Of a DNA stretch of 64,000 nt, positions 24,786 through 38,089 are shown one piece after another; the first letter of the stretch is position 1; each line of letters opens with the position of its first letter. The position numbers were made by a program, and so were the translations under genes. The notes below the pieces were generated by a model that made no database searches, was not told where the DNA came from, and saw only the letters and a list, made by a program, of their open reading frames with translations. The stretch is from Macrostomum lignano (lineage: Eukaryota), in the NCBI GenBank assembly GCA_002269645.1, contig NIVC01002467.1, positions 107,454-171,453 on the forward strand. The letters are read 5' to 3'.

Positions 24786-27547
24786 CCTAGTAGTAGTAGT
24801 CACTCACTGCGCCGAGACGTTGAAGCTCTTAGCGGGTTCGCGATGGCGTCCACCCTGTCGATGCTGAGCACAACCAGAGCATAAGCGGCTCCGTAGCTGA
24901 CCGTAGTCTGCAATTTCAAGTTTATTACGCTGCATCAAAAATCAAAAGTACTTGCAGAGCTTTTGCCACAATTTGAACGTGGAGGGGGAGTCGTCCTAGA
25001 CTACATCATACTCGGGCCACTTCAGCTTGATTGATTGATTGATTTGCCCGGAAAGACGCTCAAAAGATAAAAAATTTCGAGCTGGGGATCATTGGAGTGT
25101 GAGAGCCCTTATCGCTGAACTTAATATTGTTTTCTTAGCTTCAAGTTACTTCCTTAATCAGGGCCAAAGGTGTCAATCGAGTGTTAAGCCATCTGCCACA
25201 GGAATCGATCAGTCTTTTTATAGCAAAGCCAGGAATTTAGGCTTAGTTATAGAAATTTTTGCTCTCATTAAACTAAACCAACGTTTGACTCTAACAAAGC
25301 TTTAAATAGGAACTACTAAGCCCGTATCTTAGGCCCCAATCGTTCTTCCACTACCTTACCTGGGTAAAGAATTTCATCTTGCACAGACTCTCTGGGCCGT
25401 AGAACTGCATTAGAACTCGGTCAATAAACTGAGGCAGGACGCAGAATATGCCAACGCACAGGTCTGAAAAGGTCATTTTTTAACAAGCCGATGAAAGGTG
25501 CTGTCTGGCTACTTAGATATACTTTACGCAATTGTACGAACAAATAACTAATGTAGTATACATTATTCGACATTTTTATTCAAATAGTGGTCGAAATAAC
25601 AGGGTGTTTGAAAGCTACGAGTGTGAAAACGTCACAACTGCTTCTACAGGCAGAGTTGATTTTTTCTGAGTCAATACTCAGCAGTTTAAAACATTTCTAT
25701 ACCTTATTACAACTACTTCACGCCCTGCCCCTCTCCCTAATGCGCCATGCCCCCAATTCAAAACATTTCTACCCCTCACGACAGCCAATCACGCCCTGCC
25801 CCTCTCCCTAATGCGCCATGCCCCCCAATTCAAAACATTTCTACCCCTCACGACAGCCACCTCACGCCCTGCCCCTCTCCCTAATGCGTCATGCCCCCCA
25901 ATTCAAAACATTTCTACCCCTCACGACAGCCACCTCACGCCCTGCCCCTCTCCCTAATGCGTCATGCCCCCAATTCAAAACATTTCGACCCCTCACGACA
26001 GACACCTCACGCCCTGTACTTTCCCAACTATCACAATTCCTAACCCTTCCAGAGGCAGTTAACTTTTTTAATCAGTTGACGGTAAGGTTGTCAGTGTGAA
26101 TTAATTTTCCTTGTCTACGTATTAAAATATTCCTCAATGATGCTCTTACATGTACTAAAAGAAAAAACTGGCAGTCCGAACTACACAATGCCAGAACCAT
26201 TTTTTACATTTAGATAACCTCATTCTACGATTGACTAAACCTTGACAGACATTCGTCAAAATACGTGTCCCTCCTAGAAAGAGCCGCGGATGGTAATGCG
26301 GGAGGACCGAAGTAGCAAGCTTAAACTGGTTCCGACAACCAGTATCTCACCGAGAAACCGAAAGTGGTTTAAGCAAATTTAGTTACACGAAACTCATCTA
26401 ACGATAGCTGGAGAATCCCCTCAGTCAAACTCTTACTTACTGCTCTCCCTTGCTTTCTATTAGACGCAAACTTTTGAAGACTTACTTGTTGAGTCCCAAA
26501 AGTTGTCGGCGAAGAGAACTAGCTGCTAGATAATTTGAGAAATTATTGAGACTGTGGGGAAGCCAGAGCTGTGTCCGTCTGATTAACTGTCTACATTTTA
26601 CTTTGACTAGTTTTTATATAGCTTCCGCGGTTTTTTTACCGTTTGAAGAAGTACAGAAATGCTAGCTTTGATCTTATAGAGTAAAGAAGAAGAGAATTCT
26701 TATAGTTAAATTATCTAGAAAGCGCCAGTGTACTTTGTTCCTAAGTTTCCTCGCTGCACCCTTACGTTTTTCGAGACTCTGGTTACCAGCTTTGATATTA
26801 AGTTCAGATCCACCACTTCCTTAAATGTATAATTGATTTCAACCCTCTCGGTAGCCACCTAATAAGCCCAGCTCTTACTTAGCCTCATTCACTCAAACAC
26901 TCTCAGTGTCAATCATTGATTTTCAACCTGTCTCCACAGCCACCTCACAACCAGCCAGTCATTCCTACCCCCCCCCACATTCAAGCTGCACCCGACTCCC
27001 TTATCATTGATTTCAACTCCTCTTCCAGCCACCTCATGCTCACCCTTCATTCAAGCAGCACCCCACTCCCTTATCATTGATTTCAACTCCTCTTCCAGCC
27101 ACCTCATGCTCACCCTTCATTCAAGCAGCACCCCGCTCCCTTATCATTGATTTCAACTCCTCTTCCAGCCACCTCATGCTCACCCTTCATTCAAGCAGCA
27201 CCCCGCTCCCTTATCATTGATTTCAACTCCTCTTCCAGCCACCTCATGCTCACCCTTCATTCAAGCAGCACCCCGCTCCCTTATCATTGATTTCAACTCC
27301 TTTAATCTAGTATCATTGAATTTATTTGTCTTTTCATTGAACAGTAAATATTTTTATATTTCAAGGAGTCTAAATTTTTATCAGAAAAAGAAGGCATCAC
27401 AGTTCACTTACCAGCTACGCCCAGATTGGTGATATAGTAAGTCATTCTCGACTTCGGCCTTGAGCTCACAAAGACCAATAGAGCGATGTTTCCAGCGACA
27501 ATGGTCATTAGGTTGATTGACAGCGAGAAGTACACTATGTGATCCAA
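16287..27547 (-). CDS. Rhodopsin-family neuropeptide receptor of the vasopressin/CCAP/NPS group. Exons 27547-27412, 25463-25360, 24907-24808, 19689-19517, 19107-18858, 17435-17341, 17237-17179, 16593-16287; N-terminal exon not determined
   Basis: Hand-spliced translation gives all 7 TMs: TM1 AGNIAL + KSRMTYYITNLGVAD, TM2 LCVGIFCVLP, LCK, TM3 VLSIDRVDAIANPL, TM4 GSWILSAVYSSP, TM5, ICL3 AKIKTVKVT, TM6 FILCWLPY, TM7 LNSAANPII. Every junction is GT-AG with consistent phase. Confidence 0.9.
16634..17170. repeat. CT-rich low-complexity repeat (CTCTCCGTCTCTCC-type), last GPCR intron
   Basis: Seen directly. Confidence 0.9.
17795..18600. repeat. Pyrimidine-rich minisatellite, ~70-bp unit, GPCR intron
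   Basis: About 11 copies of ..CTCTTCAACCTCACCTTTTCCCTCAGCCACGCACTCCACCCCTCCTTTTCCTATCTGCACTGAA. Confidence 0.92.
19183..19462. repeat. Minisatellite, 28-bp unit CCACTACTTTCCAGGTGTTTCTGTGTCT
   Basis: About 10 copies in the intron between the TM4 and TM5 exons. Confidence 0.93.
19765..21085. repeat. Minisatellite, ~23-bp unit TAGCAGTAGCTTTGGCGCCCCC with a GCAGAGGCTTGGCGCC variant
   Basis: Tandem array seen directly. Confidence 0.94.
21962..22760. repeat. Minisatellite, 16-17-bp units GTTTCGGTCCTGTGAT / GAATTCGATCCTGTGAT
   Basis: Tandem array seen directly. Confidence 0.94.
24715..24800. repeat. (TAG)n microsatellite next to the GPCR TM3-exon donor site
   Basis: About 28 TAG units with one interruption near 24784. 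Confidence 0.95.
25720..26015. repeat. Minisatellite, ~72-bp unit, 4 copies
   Basis: CACGCCCTGCCCCTCTCCCTAATGCG.. recurs at ~72-bp spacing. Confidence 0.9.
26985..27300. repeat. Minisatellite, 70-bp unit, ~4.5 copies
   Basis: TTATCATTGATTTCAACTCC recurs at 27001, 27071, 27141, 27211 and 27281. Confidence 0.93.
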
Positions 27548-27834
27548 CTGCAAAAAATGTGCGCTTGTTTTTCAGTTTGTTAAAAAATGAAAGCTCTTTA
27601 AAAGGCCTGCTATGCGTGTTCACTGTTGTTCTGTACCTATTAGCCAGGATGCGATCAGCATGACAATCAATCTGTCTAGTTCACGGGTCTATTCGCGTGC
27701 GCATGCTCAACGGCCTGTGAAGCCTTCATTATAATTCTATTGTACCAGGGCAGTTATGGCTCAGAATAACTGCTTAGAAGCTGATTTGCATAATCATATG
27801 CTTTTGAAGCCTTCCGCCATTCACATGCGCATGT

Positions 27835-27870
<36 letters not shown>

Positions 27871-28084
27871 TCGCTTGTCCTCTGTATCGTTATTCTTGCC
27901 GTGACTGGCAGTTCAATTCTATTGAAAGTCTGAAGTTTCTGCCGGCGCCGATTGCGAGAACGATAGCGTTGCTCTGGGGAATTCTTGCTGGAATGTGCCC
28001 CTAGCACTGTCGATGCAATGCTGGCTTCACAGAGAAATAGGAGGGCATGGCTTACATGTACTTAGTGGTTTTCATGGCTTTGGC

Positions 28085-29372
28085 GTCATGAGAGACAATT
28101 GGGTTTGGCGCCATTAGAGACAATTGGATTCTGGCGCCATTAGAGACAATAGGATTCTGGCGCCATTAGAAACAATTGGATTCTGGCGCCATTAGAGACA
28201 ATAGGATTCTGGCGCCATTAGAAACAATTAGATTCTGGCGCTATTAGAAACAATTGGATGCTGGCGCCATTAGAAACAATTGGATTCTGGCGCCATTAGA
28301 AGCAATTGGATTCTGGCGCCATTAGAAACAATTGGATTCTGGCGCTATTAGAAACGATTGGATTCTGGCGCCATTAGAAACAATTGGATTCTGGCGCCTA
28401 AGAAACAATTCGATTCTGGCGCCATTAGAAACAATTGAATTCTGGCGCCATTAGAAACAATTGGATTCTGGCGCTGTAAGAAACAATTCGATTCTGGCGC
28501 CATTAGAAACAATTGGATTCTGGCGCCATTAGAAGCAATTGGATTCTGGCGCCATTAGAAACAATTGGATTCTGGCGCCATTAGAAACAATTCGATTCTG
28601 GCGCCATTAGAAACAATTGGATTCTGGCGCCATTAGAAACAATTGGATTCTGGCGCCGTAAGAAACAATTGGATTCTGGCGCCATTAGAATCAATTGGAT
28701 TCTGGCGCCATTAGTAGCAATTGGATTCTGGCGCCATTAGAAACAATTGGATTCTGGCGCCGTAAGAAACAATTCGATTCTGGCGCAATTAAAAACAATT
28801 GAATTCTGGCGCCATTAGAAACAATTCGATTCTGGCGCCATTAGTAGCAATTGGATTCTGGCGCCATTAGAAGCAATTGGATTCTGGCGCCATTAGAAAC
28901 AATTGGATTCTGGCGCTATTAGAAACGATTGGATTCTGGCGCCATTAGAAACAATTGGATTCTGGCGCCTAAGAAACAATTCGATTCTGGCGCCATTAGA
29001 AACAATTGAATTCTGGCGCCATTAGAAACAATTCGATTCTGGCGCCATTAGAAACAATTGGATTCTGGCGCCATTAGAAACAATTGGATTCTGGCGCCAT
29101 TAGAAGCAATTGGATTCTGGCGCCATTAGAATCAATTGGATTCTGGCGCCATTAAAAAAATTGGATTCTGGCGCCATTAGAAACAATTGGATTCTGGCGC
29201 CATTAGAAACAATTCGATTCTGGCGCCATTAGAAACAATTGGATTCTGGCGCCATTAGAGACAATTGGATTCTGGCGCCATTAGAGACAATTGGATTCTG
29301 GCGCCATTAGAGACAATTGGATTCTGGCGCCATTAGAGACAATTGGATTCTGGCGCCATTAGAGACAATTGG
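28085..29372. repeat. Minisatellite, 26-bp unit GGATTCTGGCGCCATTAGAAACAATT
   Basis: About 49 tandem copies. Confidence 0.96.
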
Positions 29373-30692
29373 ATTTAACTGAATATCATACAAAATATGC
29401 ACTATTTTTTAAACAGCGCAAAGTTATATATTGACCCCATTTGGCCTAACTACTCAATTGCCTCACCTGCGTGAGAATGAACAGAATATAGAGTAAATTT
29501 TGCGTATAGAACCTCTCACACTGACCAGAGTAATTCAGGTAGGGGCCTCTTATCAGTGATACCGTATGGCCAGTCACAGATATAGAATTAACACGTGTGT
29601 GTGTGTGAAACATAGAAAAGTCAAGTTAGGAATAAAAGACTTGACCTAACAATCAACTTTTTAACTAAAATTGTTCTAGGGTCCATTGAGGCTCATTCCA
29701 TGCTTTGGTGTATTGTATTCTAGAGTTACACAGGTACTTGCACCTTAAACCGTAAACCTTAAATTGCAGCAAGGTTAAGCAGAGTTATCCATGGTCACTG
29801 TGAGTAAGAGTCCCAGGTGAACTGATATTTTATGGAGAGGATCTTCTTGCATGGCGACTACTTTTTTATTAGAGGCAGGGGGGTTGTGTGCACCCTGACG
29901 CACTTTAAGCGACATAGGCACATAACCGGCGAGAGGCATTACTGCCCATTCCGCCGACTCCCCTGAGCAGATGGCGACTACTTCCTGGTCAAATTCATCT
30001 CCAGACTATCCCCTGTCTCCCTCTGACCTAATTGATCCTCTCCTGACCCAGGTGGCCAGTCGAGTAGCTGAACACGCACCCCGGCCTAGTAAACGACTTC
30101 TTTTAAAAAATAGACCAAGAAATGAAGCGGCAGTGGAATTAGACAGATAAAAAAGTCTCTTTCTTTCTGAGGAACTGAAAGAGCCTCGAATAGCTCGTAA
30201 GAAGTTGTTCCGGCCGTCTCGATCTTAGTTGTGGAGTTGAGCTTGTTGAAGAATTTCGCAGAAAATGAACTAACGGGTTGGTTAGAAGGGAGATAGTCGG
30301 GTGGAGGAAGTCTCTCGCACTTCCCTAATCCCCCCTGCAGTGCCCGAACTCTCCAGTAATTTGGGGACGAAAATGAAGAGGAGAGCCGGTGTATGCGAGC
30401 GTATGTTATTTGGCTCCAACTTTATATAACTCTGAATGGCCCTGCGCTGACTTCTGGAAACACCCCCGCTGTGCCGCTGGGCGCTAGGAGGGGCTTCTCT
30501 GGGAGTTGAGTCGGTTCCAGCTGTGCCAAGGAACTCTAGAGATAGGACTTGGAATGCCTACTCTTACCCATGACGCAGTCAGTTCAATTGTCGTAACTCA
30601 AATAACTCAGGTATTTGAGTACTTGCACCTTTGAGTCTTGATTTTCAGGGCGCATGTATTTGGACAGAACTGGACAGAACTCTAAATTAATC

Positions 30693-30878
30693 CGTCGAAC
30701 ACTCGTCGAACACTCGTCGAACACTCGTCGAACACTCGTCGAACACTCGTCGAACACTCGTCGAACACTCGTCGAACACTCGTCGAACACTCGTCGAACA
30801 CTCGTCGAACACTCATCGAACACTCATCGAACACTCGTCGAACACTCGTCGAACACTCGTCGAACACTCGTCGAACAC
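30693..30878. repeat. 11-bp tandem repeat CGTCGAACACT
   Basis: About 17 copies. Confidence 0.95.
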
Positions 30879-32689
30879 TTGAATTTCTTAGAAATGAGCT
30901 GGAGTCCGGCAAAGAATGCACAGTGCTAAATAGGGTTTTACCATAGACAAATTCAGTCGAGAAAAATCCGACTCCTCCAGAGTATACTAAATTCACTACG
31001 ATGAATATATTGTAGTTCTTTGCCGGGTTTCAGCTCTTTTCTAAGAAAATTTAAGTAAGTATAGCGACCTTCTACTGCAACTGTCCAAAGTTATGCTAAC
31101 TTTAGTAAAATTTAGTTCAGAACGGTGCATCAATTAGGTTCGAAAATTTATTGATTTTTGGTGTAGATTTATAGCATTCCAGACTCTTTGTTCTAGAGTT
31201 CCTTAGTTGAGTTCCTTCGACGGACCTGTGTGTGCTCGGATCTCGCAATAACAGTTCGCCAATCAATACTTATAGGCTCATAGCGACTACCGGCCCCCGA
31301 AGGAGAAAAAAAACTGCTAGAGGAAAAAATTCCGCCCCCGGGATGATCCTCAGGAAAGAGTCCGGCCCGGACCGAAGAGCGAGAGGCATGAGGAGTTGGC
31401 TTGATTGGCAGTAAAAATTTTGTCGCCTTGCTGTGCTTACTGGCGCGCTAATCCGGCCAATTTCGCTCCCCAGTCCGTGCCTAATTGGTCCAAGCTGGCG
31501 TTGTGTATAAAGACTAGCGATAAAGCCTTCTAAATATTCTAAATATATTACCAGCCTGCCTGCCTGAATGCTCAGTTGGAAATTTTCTATGCACAAATCC
31601 TGACGCGTGTCTGAGTGTATTGATTCAGAGATTTAGATTTCGTGTTCAATAATTTAAAAGGCTCAACAATGTGTAGTGCTGCATGCGGGATAATGGATAG
31701 TCTGTCTCTTTTTTTCTGTAGGATTTGAAAAGCTATTTTAAAATACGAAAGCGAAATGCGTTGGTTTAATAAAACGCCTCATCGAGTGTCTCGAAATTTC
31801 TGCATTTTTCATTATGAATTTGCTCACAACTCATCGTGAAGATAAGAGCTGTTTGTCTGCCTAATTTTATGTCTCGCCTTTAGCAGGAAATTGACTACAG
31901 GACATGCATGTCTCAAGTTTCTTGCAATGTGTATACCCGCAAATGTAGGCAAGAGGTCATCTTTCTAGCAACTGTGCTACGTGTAATATTACAAGATTAA
32001 TATGAAATTATGTAGATTTTCATGTAGAATCTGAAGATACAGAGAGAATCCAGTCTCTGCCTTGAAGTGACGCACAGAGGTAATCAAATGGGTGACTTAA
32101 AATCTCAAGGTAAATTATTTAGGACCAATACATTGTTATCACTTTATTTCACGATTAATTATTTAATGATTTAATCTCAATTCCCAATAAGAAAAAATAA
32201 ATACTTAGATTTCCATTTTAAGTGCAAGGACTGCAGCGTCTAATTGTTCACCCAAAGTAAAAGGCGTCAGTCTTAACAATAATAAAAACCATAAGCGCGG
32301 AAAGGTACCTGTAACCCACTATTTAATTGAAACAAGAACCATACACGTGATACGGGAATTTCATCTGTTGATTACTCGTCTAAATGGAATAGCACAAAAA
32401 TGAGAGCGGCATTCTGCGGCAAGACAAAGGCGCTTTTAGAGCAGCCATTATTAATCACAAACTGCCGTCTGGATTTTTCCGGCTTGCTGTATCAAGCTTG
32501 TGCAGTCTGGATATTGGGACTGGGTTTTGCAAGGGACTGCGGATAATCCCGGATAAACTCCTTTTGGCTATTGTAGATAGATTTATGCATTTGCCGCAGT
32601 TCATAATTATTGGTAAAAATATTGCATATTATCTTTCAAATGCAAATAACAAATCAAGCATACCTTTTTAAAGTTAATGACAAAAAATT

Positions 32690-33895
32690 TACTGACACCC
32701 TGCAAGTCCTGATAATTTAGCGATCTGACACCCTTCCAAAGTCCTGAAAAGTTAGCGAGCTGACACCTCCCCCAGTTCTGATAATTTAGCGATCTGACAC
32801 CCTTCCAAAGTCCTGAAAAGTTAGCGAGCTGACACCTCCCCCAGTTCTGATAATTTAGCGATCTGACACCCTTCCAAAGTCCTGAAAAGTTAGTGAGCTG
32901 ACACCTCCCCCAGTTCTGATAATTTAGCAAGCTGACACCCTTCAAGTCTCGATAATTTAGCTAGCTGACACCCTTCCAGTCTCGATAATTTAGCCAGCTG
33001 ACACCCTTCAAGTCTCGATAATTTAGCGAGCTGACACCCTTCAAGTCTCGATAATTTAGCGAGCTGACACCCTTAAAGTCTCGATAATTTAGCTAGCTGA
33101 CACCCTTCAAGTCTCGATAATTTAGCGAGCTGACACCCTTCAAGTCTCGATAATTTAGCGAGCTGACACCCTTAAAGTCTCGATAATTTAGCGAGCTGAC
33201 ACCCTTCAAGTCTCGATAATTTAGCGAGCTGACACCCTTCAAGTCTCGATAATTTAGCTAGCTGACACCCTTCAAGTCTCGATAATTTAGCGAGCTGACA
33301 CCCTTCAAGTCTCGATAATTTAGCGAGCTGACACCCTTAAAGTCTCGATAATTTAGCGAGCTGACACCCTTCAAGTCTCGATAATTTAGCGAGCTGACAC
33401 CCTTAAAGTCTCGATAATTTAGCTAGCTGACACCCTTCAAGTCTCGATAATTTAGCGAGCTGACACCCTTCAAGTCTCGATAATTTAGCGAGCTGACACC
33501 CTTAAAGTCTCGATAATTTAGCGAGCTGACACCCTTCAAGTCTCGATAATTTAGCGAGCTGACACCCTTCAAGTCTCGATAATTTAGCGAGCTGACACCC
33601 TTCAAGTCTCGATAATTTAGCGAGCTGACACCCTTCAAGTCTCGATAATTTAGCTAGCTGACACCCTTCAAGTCTCGATAATTTAGCGAGCTGACACCCT
33701 TCAAGTCTCGATAATTTAGCGAGCTGACACCCTTCAAGTCTCGATAATTTAGCGAGCTGACACCCTTAAAGTCTCGATAATTTAGCGAGCTGACACCCTT
33801 CAAGTCTCGATAATTTAGCGAGCTGACACCCTTAAAGTCTCGATAATTTAGCGAGCTGACACCCTTCAAGTCTCGATAATTTAGCTAACTGACAC
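32690..33895. repeat. Minisatellite: a few ~77-bp composite units grading into a 33-bp unit GACACCCTTCAAGTCTCGATAATTTAGCGAGCT
   Basis: Seen directly; the 11-aa periodic ORFs are by-products. Confidence 0.94.
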
Positions 33896-34301
33896 CCCAG
33901 TCTCCCAGTTCGCATTATATTGAAGCAGCAGTGAATTGATTCGATCCAAATTACACTGACCGGTAAATCCATCTATTAATCATTGGCGCACAACATTTAA
34001 GCGCTTTAATCGCGGGGATGAAAAACAGATATTTTTTTAGAAGGAAAACGCAACCACCACCAACTCGAGCCTTAAAGAACGGAAACCATAAACATTGATC
34101 GACTTTCCTTGGCTCTGGAGCACATGGCTTTAAATCGGCTGTTTTAAAAGTCCAATGCCGAAAAAACCATGACTATACAAATGGCATTTTTAAGTAGGCA
34201 GTTTAATTACGGAATAAATCGTTATGAGTTTTGCACATTTTTTTAAGCTTGTCTGAATGTATTTGTATGGAGAGATGTACAGTTGAATGCGGTAGGTGAG
34301 G

Positions 34302-34940
34302 TGAATATCCCACTGAGTTTGTGAATATCCCACTGAGTTTGTGAATATCCCACTGAGTTTGTGAATATCCCACTGAGTTTGTGAATATCCCACTGAGTTT
34401 GTGAATATCCCACTGAGTTTGTGAATATCCCACTGAGTTTGTGAATATCCCACTGAGTTTGTGAATATCCCACTGAGTTTGTGAATATCCCACTGAGTTT
34501 GTGAATATCCCACTGAGTTTGTGAATATCCCACTGAGTTTGTGAATATCCCACTGAGTTTGTGAATATCCCACTGAGTTTGTGAATATCCCACTGAGTTT
34601 GTGAATATCCCACTGAGTTTGTGAATATCCCACTGAGTTTGTGAATATCCCACTGAGTTTGTGAATATCCCACTGAGTTTGTGAATATCCCACTGATTCC
34701 GTGAATATCCCACTGATTTTGTGAATATCCCACTGATTCCGTGAATATCCCACTGATTTTATGGATATCCAACTAATTTTGCGGATGTCCCGCTGATTTA
34801 GTTGATGGATATCCCACTGATTTAGTTGGTGGATATCCCACTGATTTAGTTGATGGATATCCCACTGATTTAGTTGGTGGATATTCCACTGATTTAGTTG
34901 ATGGATATCCCACTGATTTAGTTGATGGATATCCCACTGA
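34302..34940. repeat. Highly homogeneous 20-bp array GTGAATATCCCACTGAGTTT, followed by a 23-bp variant
   Basis: Perfect 20-bp periodicity at 34310-34690. Confidence 0.96.
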
Positions 34941-35444
34941 TTGTTGTGGTTTGGGGGGAATGTCCTACTGCTAACAGACTACAGAAAGTACAGAAAGACA
35001 GTAAATTCATAAAATTATGGGGCTCGTAGACACGTAGAAAGCTTGTCGTCACAACTCACGTGAATCAGAGAGCTATTCTCCGACGCTCTGGTAGCTGGGG
35101 TCACAGTTAGATTATCCATTTTTGTATCGCTGAAAACAAATCCAAACACTAAAGCTTGTGTTTCGCGGCAGTTGGGTTTCTCAGTGTAAGCCGGGTGAAG
35201 GGTTTATAGATTCAGTCAGACTCGGTGTGCTGCTATTGGCTGGGCTGCCATTCTGACTGCTGCAGCCAATGGAACAATCTTTCAAATGTTGTAATGTGAA
35301 ATCATTGATTTATTTCTAAACATTGTTTTTATCGGTATTTATCTCACATAATAGAACATCTCCTCGTTTCAGTGGTTTATTATAAGTATAAAATGACGTG
35401 AGGCGGATTTGAACGACAAGAGTGGGGGCGCAATAATATAGGCG

Positions 35445-36525
35445 AGAGGGCGCCTTAGACGAGAGAGGCGCCACAGTATGGACGAGATGGGCGCCATAAT
35501 ATAGATGAGAGGGGCGCCATAACATAGACGAGAGAGGCGCCATAATATAGACGAGAGGGGCGCCATAATATAGACGAGAGAGGCGCCATAACATAGACGA
35601 GAGAGGCGCCATAACATAGACGAGAGAGGCGCCATAATATAGACAAGAGGGGCGCCACAGTATGGACGAGAGGGGCGCCATAGTATAGACAAGATGGGCG
35701 CCATAATATAGATGAAAGGGGCGCCATAGTACGGCTCGTATAGACAAGAGGGGCGCCACAGTATGGACGAGAGGGGCGCCATAATATAGACGAGAAGGGC
35801 GCCATAATATACACGAGAGGGGGCGCCATAATATACACGAGAGGGGGCGCCATAATATACACGAGAGGGGCGCCATAATATACACGAGAGGGGGCGCCAT
35901 AATATACACGAGAGGGGGCGCCATAATATACACGAGAGGGGCGCCATAATATACACGAGAGGGGCGCCATAATATACACGAGAGGGGCGCCATAATATAC
36001 ACGAGAGGGGGCGCCATAATATACACGAGAGGGGCGCCATAATATACACGAGAGGGGCGCCATAATATACACGAGAGGGGCGCCATAATATACACGAGAG
36101 GGGCGCCATAATATACACGAGAGGGGCGCCATAATATACACGAGAGGGGCGCCATAATATACACGAGAGGGGCGCCATAATATACACGAGAGGGGCGCCA
36201 TAATATACACGAGAGGGGCGCCATAATATACACGAGAGGGGCGCCATAATATACACGAGAGGGGCGCCATAATATACACGAGAGGGGCGCCATAATATAC
36301 ACGAGAGGGGCGCCATAATATACACGAGAGGGGCGCCATAATATACACGAGAGGGGGCGCCATAATATACACGAGAGGGGCGCCATAATATACACGAGAG
36401 GGGCGCCATATATACACGAGAGGGGGCGCCATAATATACACGAGAGGGGCGCCATAATATACACGAGAGGGGCGCCATAATATACACGAGAGGGGCGCCA
36501 TAATATACACGAGAGGGGCGCCATA
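35445..36525. repeat. Minisatellite, 23-24-bp unit GAGGGGCGCCATAATATACACGA
   Basis: Tandem array seen directly. Confidence 0.95.
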
Positions 36526-36865
36526 CTGAGCAAGCTGAGGTGCGGTGAGGACCTTTTTATAGCTGAAAGGAAAAGGGGCGCCATCATCTCCAGCCACAAA
36601 TGGGGAGACAAAAACGTTTTCTCCATTACAAATTGAGTCAGCCTAAAAAATGGAAGAAAGTTACACCGAATTGTTTGATAAGCTGCTCTAAAACTCTCGG
36701 TCTATCTGTTGTGTGCAAAGAATGACAAACCCTGATTTGTCAATGCCTCTATATCGCCCCCCACAGAAATTGCGATCCCCAAAAAACTAAATCAAGGGGT
36801 TAACCAAGCTCGACAAATGCCAGGAGGTCAACTTTTGCCACCTCAATTGGACACATGATACAGGG

Positions 36866-37335
36866 GTAGGGGCGCCAATCAAGAGAAGGGGCGCCAATCA
36901 AGAGACAGGGGCGCCAATCAAGAGAAGGGGCGCCAATCAAGAGACAGGGGCGCCAATCAAGAGACAGGGGCGCCAATCAAGAGACGGGCGCCAATCAAAA
37001 GACAAGGCGCCAATCAAGAGACTGGGGCGCCTACCAAGAGACAGGGGCGAATACCAAGAGACAGGGGCGCCTACCAAGAGACAGGGGCGAATACCAAGAG
37101 ACAGGGGCGAATACCAGGAGACAGGGGCGAATACCAAGAGACAGGGGCGAATACCAAGAGACAGGGGCGCCTACCAAGAGACAGGGGCGCCTACCAAGAG
37201 ACAGGGGCGAATACCAAGAGACAGGGGCGAATACCAAGAGACAGGGGCGAATACCAGGAGACAGGGGCGAATACCAAGAGACAGGGGCGAATACCAAGAG
37301 ACAGGGGCGAATACCAGGAGACAGGGGCGCCTACC
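36866..37335. repeat. Minisatellite, 20-bp unit GAGACAGGGGCG(CCAATCAA/AATACCAA)
   Basis: Tandem array seen directly. Confidence 0.94.
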
Positions 37336-38089
37336 TGGCTGTACTTGGAATTGAAAATACAGGACTCACAGTCTGTGATTTTCTCAATATTAAAAAATTA
37401 CTAAGCAAAGAAAGGACATTAAATAAAATTCAAGGAGAGCAGAGGCAGCAAAAGACACGGGCAGCCTTGGCACTCAGCGTCTGACTCACGCGTCACGACC
37501 CCAGCTGGTTCGATTCCGTGAGCGGCCACTTTCATTTTGTGGCTTGAGCACGAAAAGTGACCAATGGAGGCTCACACCTATGAGGACCAATTCCCAAAGG
37601 CTCAGAGAATGTACATCCCGGATGATTAGATGATTCTGCGCCGCTGTACACTTTGTTGGGGTGTGTGCATGAGTGTATTGAGTGAGTGATGGTCTGCATA
37701 CAGTATCAGCAGGTATATAGTAGTCAGCCATCTTCAATTGGCTCCTCTCCTCTCGAAGAGACAAGTTATTTGCTTTTCATAGGACGTCTCGCAATTGATT
37801 ATAAACCTGATTAAATTAACTTCGGATTTGTGTATGCTATAAATTCATTGCCAGAACGACAGTCTGGGAGCTAGCTTGCGTGTCTAAAAATAAATCTGAA
37901 TTGGTGAAATTGAATTGCAGTTTTGTTGAAACTGACGTAAAACAGGTGAGCGAGTAAGAGGTCAAATTTCAAGCATACGCTCGTAGAATGGCTGGCCAAA
38001 AAGATGTCCGTGATTTGTGTGACCAACAAAACACTGAAAAGAGCCTTCTGTTCGGATGGAGGCCACTACAACGACGTCGTGATAGAGTC

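Noticed and set aside
29467-29613. Candidate first GPCR exon on the minus strand (MFHTHTRV..NYS..LTQ|GTGAGG, phase 0)
   Set aside because: Phase and donor fit and there is one N-glycosylation sequon, but there is no homology support. Left unassigned pending cDNA.
30200-30520. TATA-containing GC-rich segment as a solo LTR or GPCR promoter
   Set aside because: No TG..CA termini or TSD found and no second copy in the window; it cannot be supported.
28085-37335. Regular 20-33-bp repeats resembling CRISPR arrays
   Set aside because: Head-to-tail units with no unique spacers, no cas genes, and a eukaryotic context.
37490-37530. GGTTCGATTCC B-box-like motif (a similar one near 61005)
   Set aside because: No A box or cloverleaf could be built, so it is not called a tRNA.
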